Assembly: GCA_026026165.1 (NCBI GenBank)
Contig: JAPEUD010000098.1
Coordinates: 1-64,000 of the forward strand
Direction: 5' to 3'
Origin: Sarea resinae
Taxonomy: Eukaryota
Length of the DNA: 64,000 nucleotides
Shown: one piece after another, positions 24,064 to 34,250 of the stretch
How positions within the stretch are numbered: position 1 is the first letter of the stretch
Layout: each line of letters starts with the position of its first letter
Program-made: the position numbers and the translations under genes
The notes under the pieces: model-generated
What the model saw: only the letters and a program-made list of their open reading frames with translations
Told to the model about the DNA's origin: nothing
The model's database searches: none

Positions 24064-26487
24064 ATGAGCGTTGTCGGTGTTGACTTCGGCACCCAAAATA
24101 CCGTCATTGCGGTCGCCAGGAATCGGGGTGTCGACGTGGTGAGTAGCCTTGCCAGAAAAGTCTTCATGAAAGATGGACATTGTGATTGACTTTTTCCCCT
24201 CTAGATCACAAATGAAGTCTCGAACCGTGCTACGCCGTATGCTCGCCCTGAATATTCTTTCGCATGATGAATCAACCGCTAACGACCTCTCAGTTCCCTG
24301 GTAGGGTTTGGCCCCAAGAGCAGATACCTGGGTGAGGCGGCAAAGACGCAGGAAATCTCTAACCTCAAGAACACCGTTGGCTCCCTCAAGCGGCTGGCGG
24401 GTCGGTCTTTGAAGGACCCCGATGTGCAGATAGAGCAAGACTTCGTCACGGCTCCTCTGGTCGATGTCAATGGCCAAGTCGGAGCGGAGGTCACCTACTT
24501 GGGCAAGAAGGAGCAGTTCACCGCCACACAACTTACGTCCATGTTCCTCAGCAAAATCAAGGCTACCGCCTCCGCAGAACTCAGGCTCCCTGTTTCCGAC
24601 ATCGTCATCAGTGTTCCGCCATGGTTCACCGATGCTCAGCGCCGGAGTATCATGGATGCGGCCGAGGTCTCCGGTCTCAAGCTTTTACGGCTGATGAACG
24701 ATACCACTGCAACTGCGCTCGGCTATGGTATCACAAAGCTCGACCTTCCGTCGGCAGAGGAGAAGCCTCGCAGAGTTGCTTTTGTGGATATCGGACACAG
24801 CAACTACACTTGCTCAATTGTAGAGTTCAAGAAGGGTGAATTGGCCGTGAAGTCGACTGCCTATGACCGTCATTTCGGTGGACGGAATTTCGATAAGGCT
24901 CTGGTGGATCACTTTGCCGCAGAGTTCAAAGAAAAGTTCAAAATCGACATCAACACTAATCCCAAGGCTTACCTCCGGGTTGCTGCTGCCGCTGAGAAAC
25001 TCAAGAAGGTCCTCTCCGCGAACGCCGCTGCGCCAATCAACATCGAGTCCTTGATGAACGACATTGATGTGCGAGGCATCTTGAAGCGAGAGGAACTTGA
25101 GGAGTTGGTCAAGCCGTTGTTGGATCGCGCCACCGTTCCTCTCGAGCAGGCTCTTGCTGAAGCCAAACTCAAGGTCGAAGACATCGACTTTGTCGAAATG
25201 GTTGGTGGCTGCACTCGTGTCCCCGCGCTGAAGGAGCGTATCAGCAAGTTCTTCAACAAGACCCTCTCCTTCACGCTGAACCAGGACGAGTCGGTAGCCC
25301 GTGGCTGTGCATTCAGCTGCGCCATCCTCTCCCCCGTCTTCCGCGTCCGGGACTTCTCTGTCCACGACATTGTCAACTACCCCATCGAGTTCACGTGGGA
25401 GCAGTCGGCCGACATCCCTGATGAGGACACCAGTCTCACCGTATTCAACAAGGGAAACGTGATGCCTTCCACCAAGATCCTCACATTCTACCGAAAGCAG
25501 GCTTTTGACCTTGAAGCTCGCTATGCTAAGCCGGAATTACTTCCCGGCAAGACGAATCCTTGGATTGGCAGATTCTCGGTCAAGGGAGTCAAGGCCGATG
25601 CGAAGGACGACTTTATGATCTGCAAGCTTAAGGCACGTCTTAATTTGCACGGCATACTCAATGTCGAGCAGGGCTACTATGTCGAGGATGTTGAGGTCGA
25701 GGAGCCGATACCCGAGGAAAAGGAGGGCGCAAAGAAGGACGCTGATGTATGCTACACTCTAGAGAGAGCATTGAATAGAGCATCTGGCTAACGATCTACA
25801 GGCAATGGAAACGGACCAGCCGAATGGCAGCGCCGACGCTAAGCCTAAAACTCGCAAAATTAAGAAGCAAGTGCGCAAGGGCGATTTACCTATCTCTTCC
25901 GGTACTGCTTCGCTAGATGCCGCTAGCAAGGAAGCGGCCGCTGAGAAGGAGAACAACATGTTCATGGAAGATAAGCTCGTCGCTGACACCGAAGACAAGA
26001 AGAATGAGCTTGAATCGTACATCTACGAGCTGCGCGGCAAGATCGACGATCAATACTCCGAGTTCGCCAATGAAGACGAGAAGACCAAGCTCAAGGAAAA
26101 GCTCGAGCAGAGCGAGGTAAGACTAGACTTTATTGCAGGATCAGACCGTGTTTTATACAACACTAACGCGATTTTTAGGACTGGCTTTATGATGAGGGTG
26201 AGGATGCCACAAAAGCCATCTACGTCGCCAAGATGGATGAGATTCGCTTCGTGGCAGGTCCCATTGTGCAGCGATACATGGACAAGGTCGAGGCAGAGCG
26301 ACAAGCCGTTCTGGAAGCTCAAGAGAAGGCTGCTGCCGCCAAGAAGGCAGACGAGGAAGCAAGGAAGGCCGCTGAGGCCGAGGCGAAGAAGGCCTCCGAG
26401 CCCGAGACGAAAGACGAGGAGATGAAGGACGCCGAGTCCATCAAGCCTGACGCGGTTGAGGAGCCGGGCGAGGAGAAGAAGGCTTAG
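24064..26487 (+). CDS. hsp88: Hsp110-family chaperone / Hsp70 nucleotide exchange factor (Hsp88/Sse1), 5 exons
   Basis: MSVVGVDFGTQNTVIAVARNRGVDV|ITNEVSNRATP, FVDIGHS, HFGGRNFD, EMVGGCTRVP, TLNQDESVARG, TEDKKNELESYIYELR, DWLYDEGED. Confidence 0.96.
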
Positions 26488-26840
26488 ATACCTCGCGGTA
26501 AGGTAGGGGGTGGGGATGGGGATGGGGATGGGGATGGAATGAGCACGACATGACTTAAAATCCTGTCCTCGCGATCAAAAAACAAAAGGGCACAAGGTAC
26601 TGGATGATGATGGCGATGATGATGAGACCTTGAACCATAGTGCTCATGATAGCGATCGATGAGCCCAATGTCTTGCATTTGTCTTCTTTTCTTTGACCAT
26701 GATACATAGATCGTAAAGTAGAGACAATTGATGATTCTGAATTCTTTACGGATGGTCGTCGCTATCTCTTTGACGAATTTGATGCTCCTTTTCTTTGGCC
26801 CCCAGAACTCCTAGATCTTTCGAAGACCAAATTTTTATCC

Positions 26841-28204
26841 CTATTTCCTTCTTGTACTGCGACGTGGTCCTCTTCCTCTGCCTCCCCTCGATCTCCCTCC
26901 CGCTCCACCTCCACCTCTCGCATTTCTCGTCATGCGCTTCCCCTTTCCCCTTGTAGCTGGAGACGACGCTTCCTCGCCTTCCCCTCCCTCTTCCTCTCCT
27001 TCGTCCTCGTCGCCATCACCCTCTGACCCATCCTCTTCGCCCTCCTCACCTTCCTCGTCCTCTGCATCCTCGCCCTCCCCATCTTGGTCTTCGTCTTCCT
27101 CTTCTTCCGCCACCGACGACACTTTGCTTGACCCCCTCTTGGTCGCGGCCGTGGCTGCTTTTTCGTCGGCGGTCAGATTAGGCCCGGAGGCGGTGGCGCG
27201 AGACCGGGAACGTGGCATCGAGCGGCCACCGCGTGTGGCACGCGTCGCTTTTCGTGTGGCGCTTGCCGTGGCGCGGGAGGATACGGGCGATGATGGTGGT
27301 TCTGTTTTCTTGGCTTAGCCACCTCTTTGTGAAGAATGGACCAGAGATTAGTGTGCACACCTTCTTCGGTGTCGTCAACCGCGCTGGCCGCTCTGCCTGC
27401 TGCTGCGGCTGCTGCAGCAGCTCCTCCCCTTCGACCACCCCGTTTCGTGTGCCCTGTCGTCGCGCTGCTTGTGCTGGTGACGGGCAGTTCCTTTGTGAGC
27501 AATGGTGGCGACGCGGACTCTGCAGTTGCAAAACGCCGGTCGAAGCACATGTCGCCGAACTCGTCCTCTGGGAGCTTGAATTCGTAGAAGGCTTGTGCGT
27601 TGGGGTGCCTGTTGGGCTTCTTGTTGGGCTTCTTGTCGGCTACGCCATCCGATGGGGAGGAAGAGGTGGGAGTGGAGGAGGTGCTACTGTTGTTTTCCGG
27701 GTCGTCGTCGAAGGAGTTTTCCCGCTCGTCCAGCGCCTCTAGGTTGTATAGACTTGATAGTTTGCGCCAGATCCCTGGGATGTTGGTATGTGCGGCACTG
27801 ACGTCGGTCGTGGAGTGTGGGTTGTAGCCGTGTGAGCGCAGGTGATTTGATATGCTGATCATCCGGAAGTGCTTGTGCATGCCTAGAGACGGAGGCACAG
27901 ATGTAAGCTCTCTCTGTATCTCTCTTCTTCTCAAGTACGGTCGCTAGCTATTATCAAGAACGAAACCAAGAAACAAACCTGCTGGCTTCCATCGTATTAT
28001 ACTCTTGAATAACGACGTCTCTTGGTCGTCCGTCCAGGGGTCCGCGAGGATGTCCGGGCTTGTGGTAGTGGTAGGATCTGCGTTGAGGGGAGTAGCCGCT
28101 TTGGAGATGCTGGGTTGCGCTTGTTCCTTTACCTGTTGTTGGGGCTCGCGCGATGGCGTTGAGGCACCCCGAGAGGAGACTTTGGCTTTCTTTTTGGGAG
28201 GCAT
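26841..28204 (-). CDS. EAF7: NuA4 histone acetyltransferase subunit Eaf7 (CT20/MRGBP family), 3 exons
   Basis: DPWTDDQETSLFKSIIRWKPA|GMHKHFRMISI...HTNIPGIWRKLSSLYNLEALDERE...FYEFKLPEDEFGDM; acidic tail followed by an RG-rich tail. Confidence 0.9.
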
Positions 28205-28484
28205 GACTGTCGGACTTTGAACGATAGATGGTGATCTTGGAGTCTTGGTCCTGGTTGGCGCATTCAATCATTGATGTGAGATGCAACGTAATCGCTGCAA
28301 CCGACGGCGGGTGCGGCTAGCGGTTCCTGCAGCCACAAAGTCGCCCGCGCTCGCCTGTCGCGTATCTTTTGGAAACCAAAGTACAAACGCGTCCGCGGCC
28401 AGAGAATCGTGATTGTTGATGGTAATCATCACATCCAGCAAATCTAGCCCTTCACTCTGCGCCGCAGGCCGAAGATGGTCCGCC
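28205..28484. promoter_or_regulatory. Compact bidirectional promoter (EAF7 / GCP6-like) with an MCB box
   Basis: The divergent ATGs are 280 bp apart; ACGCGT at 28387-28392 plus further CGCG cores. Confidence 0.65.
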
Positions 28485-31400
28485 ATGGACTTCGAAAGAC
28501 CCGATGGAGATGCTTTTGCCATTCCCGACTTTTGGCAAATGTCCAGCTTGGCTCCGCCCGACGCCGACCCGGAGAGTCTGTTCTTCTCGTCTCTCGATAT
28601 CGGGGGTAAGTCCGAAATCCGGGTGTCGTGCGCTGGACAGAGAACTCGAGGAACGAGATCCTAACGTATCGTACAGGCCGGGTTGATGACCTGAATTTCG
28701 CGCCGAAGCTATTCGAGGGTCTGAAGATTGATTTGCCTGCTATTGGGACGCTGGAAGATGGCATCCCTTCGATGCTGGAGAAGCTGGACGATACCGATGA
28801 CTCGAGTTCGCGAGACCTGGGAAGCCACGAGGACCATGATGTCTCGTTGGACGAGCCAGAAGATATCTGGGGCGGCGGCAGTAGTCTCTTCGCGGAGCGC
28901 ACTCTGCCAAAATACTACAGCTGGGAAGCATTTTCGAGTGACGGTTTCCAGGAGCCTGAGACGCCATATCTAATGCAGGCGGGCCGAGATGTCTTCGATG
29001 CCGCTTTGGTACTACAGGCAAGGTCCGAACCTTCCACTTCTTCCGCGAGGAATTCTTCCGCGGGGAATATGATTCGGTCCGACGTGTTTATAAAGGTATA
29101 CGATTTTTGGAAGATTCGGATTCGGGGGCTCACGTTATAGTAGTCTCTGTTCAGTCTCGGCCTGGGTAGAAGCTCTTTACTTTTTCCGTTCGACCATGAA
29201 GAAGGGTGCTTCAAGCCTGCTATAGAGGACATGAGGATATCGGGGTATACTGTGGATACTATACAAAGGTATGGATCGTTCATTGGAGTTCAGCTGATGA
29301 TGCTTACATTATCAGTCTTATTACTTTGCTCTGGGGATGCGGACAGCGTACGCGACAACTGGGAGATTTTGTAGAGAACACTTATAAATCAAGGCAATCC
29401 TCTCGCACTGTGGTCGCCCTAGCAGATTCAGTCTCGACCCTCCTTGCCGCCCTGCAAATCAAACTCAGCATATCCCCCTCTTCAATCCGCAGTCTGCTCC
29501 ACCTGCAAGCTCTCTTCTACCATCCAGCACTCATCATCGAATGCATGAACACCATCGTCCAGGCCGTCTCTCGGTCGAAAACAGATCCCGAACTCCTCAC
29601 AAGGCTGTATCAGACCGTGCAGCAGCTGGAATACCGAAGTAGCTGGCTTCGCGAAGTACTTTTAGAAATCCTCGCCCGCGTCTCGAAGCCTTGGCTGGAG
29701 GTTGTCGCAGCGTGGACAGGGCTGCAAAAGACGTCCGGCTTGCTTGATGGCATTCCCCAGGAGCAAAGCTTTTACAAGCTCGCCAAGACTGATAATGACG
29801 GGGATCGCTCTTCAACGGGTGAGACGGACTACGTATGACAGTCTTCATCCGCTTGGTTTTTCACTCGGAAAGCTTATCTGCTTCAGGTATTCGACCGCGC
29901 CATGATGCCCGCGTTCATGAACGACCAAGACGCACAGGTGATATTCGAAAGCGGGCGTAGTCTACGGGTTCTCGAGAGACACCATCCCCAGCATCCGCTG
30001 GCACAATCACACGTTGCATTGGGCATTGACCCCCCGGATCTTGGTTGGACGTTCAGTTGGTCCGACATTGAAAGGTCCGCAAATTGGCTAAGCAAATTTC
30101 GTCCCATCCTGTGCTGATACTTGATAGAGTCGAACAACAGGCAAAAGACTATGAGAACAACCTCCTGAAAGCGATCAAGCGATACACCAGAGGTAGATCA
30201 TTGCTACCGGCTTCGAACGGCTCAGAGATCCTCTCACAATCTTCAACTCACGAGTTCGAAACATATGGTAAAGAAGAACAGAGCATCCGAGCTTATATTA
30301 CCGCCTCAGCCAAGGCTCTAGACTCGCCGGTCCAATTTGCGGACCACCAACTCCCCCGCAACAAGCTCCGTGACATAATCCTCTCCGACTCCTCATCCTC
30401 AGATCCCACGTGCCTATCCTCAACAACATTGACATCCACATTCGCCCCCCCACTCTCATCAGCAGCCCTCCTTTCTTTCTGTCCTCTCCTCTCTGCCCGC
30501 GCCCGCGTCATCAACTCCTCCACCATCTATCTCTTCTTTAGATCCCATCAACTTCGCAGCCATCTGGACCTCAACCACCGCTTTCACCTCCTCGGCGATG
30601 GCCTCTTCGCCTCGCGTCTCGCGCATGCCCTCTTCGACCCAGATCTTGAAACGACCGAACGTCGGCGGGGTGTCGCTCGGACGGGCACAGCCATGGGTCT
30701 GAAGCTCGGCGCCCGCGACTCCTGGCCCCCGGCTAGTTCGGAGCTGCGACTCGCGCTCATGGGCGTCTTGACCGAGTGCTATCACCGCCCTACCTCCACC
30801 ATCACCACCAGCTCCACCATACACGACTCCACCAACTCAGGCCATTTCCGTCATCGAGACGACGCGCAACTGCCGGGTGGTCTCAGCTTCGCCGTCCGCA
30901 CCGACATGTCTGAGGACGAACTGAAAAGCTGTATGAACCCCGACAACCTCGAGGCGCTGGATTTCCTCCGTCTGCAATACAAGCCGCCGCCGCCGCTCGA
31001 GGCGGTAATTACGCCGCTCGCGCTCCAGAAATACGACCGCTTGTTTCGCCATCTGTTGAGGGTGACGCGCATGACGTGGGTCGTGGAACAGCTGTCTCGG
31101 TGGGCGTTGGCGAGACCCGCGAGGACCAGACACTCATCCGGTCGTCGCGGCAAAGACAATAATAGACATCGCGGAGGAAAGGGGCGAGATAGGGGCGGGG
31201 GCAGCAGGGAGATACCCGCCGCGACTCGCCTCCGCCTAGAAGCCTACCATTTCATCTCATCGCTCTCATCGTATTTCTTCGGCGTCGGCATCGGGCTCCC
31301 CTGGGCGCGGTTCCAGTCCCAGCTCGACGCGCTCGAACGCCGCATCGATGCCTCGTCGGATGGAGACGGCAGCTCGTCCGCACAGGCCGAAGCCGAGGCC

Positions 31401-31973
31401 GAGGCGAAGAGCTTCCTCAGCCACACCGAAGGCTTGCATACCCTGCGTCTGTGGCACGAGAACGTGCTCGACGCCATGCTCTTCTCGCTCTTCTTGCGCC
31501 GCCGACAGGAGCCCGTGCTCCGTCTTCTGGAGGACATCTTTGGCATCGTTCTCCAGTTTGCCCGCTGGGATCGGGCCCGTCGGCAACTGCGTCATCGGGG
31601 AGGAAAAGACGGTCATGACGATACGGATGATGCTCATGTGAACGTGAATGTGAATGTGGACGATGGGGAGCAGCGGATGCAAGAGGAAGAGGAAGAGGCA
31701 GAGGTAGAGGCAGAAGAAGAGGTCAAGAAACTTTATGCCGCCTTCGTCAAGCGCGTCGGCGTCTTCGTCACCGTCATCCGGGGCTTGAGTGAGCGGAGGG
31801 GTTACAGGGAACGCAAGGCCGATGTCGATGCTCAGACGGCCCTTAGTGGTGGTGGTGGTGGCCAGGAAATGGAGGAAACGGAAAACACAATCGGGTATCT
31901 GTTGCTCAGGCTCGAGATGGGGCGTTATGGCGGTTATGGTGACGGTGGTGCTGGGAGCCCTGGTGGGACTTAG
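28485..31973 (+). CDS. Gamma-tubulin complex component (Spc97/Spc98 family, most like GCP6), 6 exons
   Basis: SLFSLGLGRSSLLF, EILARVSKPWLE, FHLLGDGLFASRLAHALFD, SWPPASSELRLALMGVL, EALDFLRLQYKPPPPLEAVITP...KYDRLFRHLLRV (GRIP domains). Confidence 0.85.
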
Positions 31974-32097
31974 GTAGTAAATGAGATAGAGCTACGAGAA
32001 AATATATGGGGATCAAATGATTTAAAGCGATCAGTCGATTGATTTGAGGCCGTTATTGATTGGGCGATCCCTTTGTGGAATGCCAGCACCTGTCCTG

Positions 32098-32134
32098 CCT
32101 TATCCTATCCTATCCTAACCTATCCTATCCTATC
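32098..32134. repeat. (CCTAT)n pentanucleotide microsatellite between the convergent GCP6 and CENP-L genes
   Basis: ccttatcctatcctatcctaacctatcctatcctatcc. Confidence 0.8.
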
Positions 32135-32314
32135 CGAGCCCCCATTTTGAACGCCCTGTCCTAGGGAAGAAAATATGACAAAAGGGTATCAGGTATCATC
32201 ACACGTTCTCTTCAAGGTAAGACCCAGGGAATAAGCAGAAGGAAAAGCTTCTAGAAGCGAAAGCAGAAGCAGAAAAGGAGCTGCAGGTATGAGCAGTTCG
32301 TGCTGTTTTCTTTC

Positions 32315-32537
32315 TCATAGAGTCATGTCTGCGCTCATGTCTGCGCTCATGTCCACGTCCACGTTCTCGTCCGGTTTCTCTGGCCCGTACTCGTCCTTCG
32401 CATCAGGCCCTTTGGTGGCTAGAGATAGCAGGTGTGAGAGCAGGGATTGTTGGATAGTCTCTTTGCCGTGCTGGATATTGCCTTGCCCTTGCCCTCTACC
32501 TTGCCCTTCGCCTTGTCCCTCACCTTGTCCCTCACCT

Positions 32538-32573
<36 letters not shown>

Positions 32574-33940
32574 CGTTCCTGTCCCTGTTCCTGGTCCGCT
32601 ATCAACGACGATGACGAAGAAGCAGACGGAAACGGAGACGGAGACGGAGCAGCAACCCTCACCCTCCCCTCGGCCACGAGGCTGAATGCCGCGCTTCCTA
32701 CACGAGAGATGCTGACGTCGGGGTGCGAGAGCGCGAGCCCCGTATGTTTTGCCAGATAGGCGGATAACAGTGCCATGAAGGGCCCGACGACGGGGTCCGT
32801 GTCTGGCTTGGAGGCTGGGTGCGTGGATAAGGGATTTTTGCGGGGTCGACCACGGCCGCGGCCACGTGTAGGTGGTAGGGGTTCTGGGTACTGTTGCTTG
32901 TGGTGCTGCGAGAAAGAGGGTGGGAACGATGTCGTTGTTGTTGTTGTTTGGGTGGCGGGGAGATGGTGCGTGAGTAAATGCATGAGGTCGTCTTTCGGGA
33001 TCGTGACGTCTATTGATTTCAGTAACGGCGACACGGGTGCTCGGAACGCTATTGTGAGCGTGAGGTCTTTTATCAGTGTCTCCGTCCCGTTTAGGGGTGC
33101 CAGTGTTCCCATTTCACTAACCCCTTGAGCTTGTCTCTCCTCTGCTTCTTGTGGCGTAAGATCCCGACGAAGACAGGCCACGTAGTTCTCTATTGCGTGG
33201 GAGAGGAACGACGAGGGTAATTTTAGAGACGAGAAGCGCGTGTCGAATGTTTGTGTGAGGTAGGAGAGGAGTGTTTGGCGGAGGGCGGTGGGCGTGTGCG
33301 TTAGCAGGAGGGGGAGGGAGAGGAAGTCATTGTCCGTGTTGGCGTTGGCGTTGTTGCTGGTGATGCTAAGGGGAGAAGTCGAGTTTAGATCAGCGGGATT
33401 GATGGTAAGGTCATGCGGGTGGCGGGCGAGGTTCTGGTTCTGGTTTCGATTGTTGTCGGTATAGTGGCCTTGGGCATGTGGATGTGGCCGGAGGAGAATA
33501 GCCGTATACGTCGTGTGTTCGTATTCGACCTCTACCAACACGCCCCTCCCTTCACCCCCAGGTATATTTTCGTCTTCTTCCGATTCCGCGCCGCCTTCCC
33601 TATCCTCTGCCCCACCTTGTCTCCTTCGCCATGTCCGCTCCCACCATCTCTCATCGCCCATCACCCTCCACGTACACCCCACCAAAACGCCCGCACGGCC
33701 CAAGCCCTCATCACCGATGCCCCCAGCCCCTACATCTCCACCGACATAGACACCGCGGAGAACGTGGCCTTTAATGAGGTTTTGGAGGCGGTGCGCGTGG
33801 TATGCTAGGGTCTGCGGCGCGAACAGCAATGGCGACGGCTGCGAGGAAGGGATGTGTAGGGGTGTTAGACGGTGGAGGTGGAAAGGGTGGTTGTAGAGAG
33901 GGTATGGGGGGGTTGGCGATCTAGATGACTTGTCTGCCAT
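32315..33940 (-). CDS. fta1: Kinetochore protein CENP-L / Fta1 (Sim4 complex), intronless
   Basis: N-terminal YPLYNHPFHLHRLTPL; HRLQNLIKGHVLRGV; VEYEHTTYTAILL; LPLLLTHTPTALRQTLLSYLTQTFDTR; LKSIDVTIP; PFMALLSAYLAKHTGLALSHPDVSISRVGSAAFSLVAEGRVRV, matching the fungal CENP-L pattern. Confidence 0.8.
32480..32590 (-). repeat. In-frame hexanucleotide repeat encoding a (GQ/GE)n tract in CENP-L
   Basis: Plus strand (ccctgt)n / (ccttgc/ccttgt)n; translates to QGQGQGQGQGEGQGEGQGEGQGRGQGQG. Confidence 0.85.
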
Positions 33941-34250
33941 ATTGACAGTTGTTTCCAATCGCGGTGGTGGCTGCGTTGCTGGATGGTTGGTGCTGTTGTG
34001 ATGGTGGATTTGGATCTATGGGGAGACGCGCTTGTGGTGGGGGACGCGTTTGGCGCGTGCCGAGGTGGTATTGATGGGTACGACAGTAACCACGGGTAGT
34101 GGTGCAAGCCGAACAACTATGTAGCTCTCTTCCATTTCGGATAATTTGGCCGCGGAAGCAAATTCATATAGATAAATGTTGTTATGCTATACATAGCTCC
34201 CAAAATCACTATGACAGTGGCGTACATGCTTGATGCGCCGATGTATATAC

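Noticed and set aside
32098..32134. CCTAAC within the (CCTAT)n tract as a telomere-like repeat
   Set aside because: A single variant unit in a pentamer microsatellite, not a TTAGGG array.
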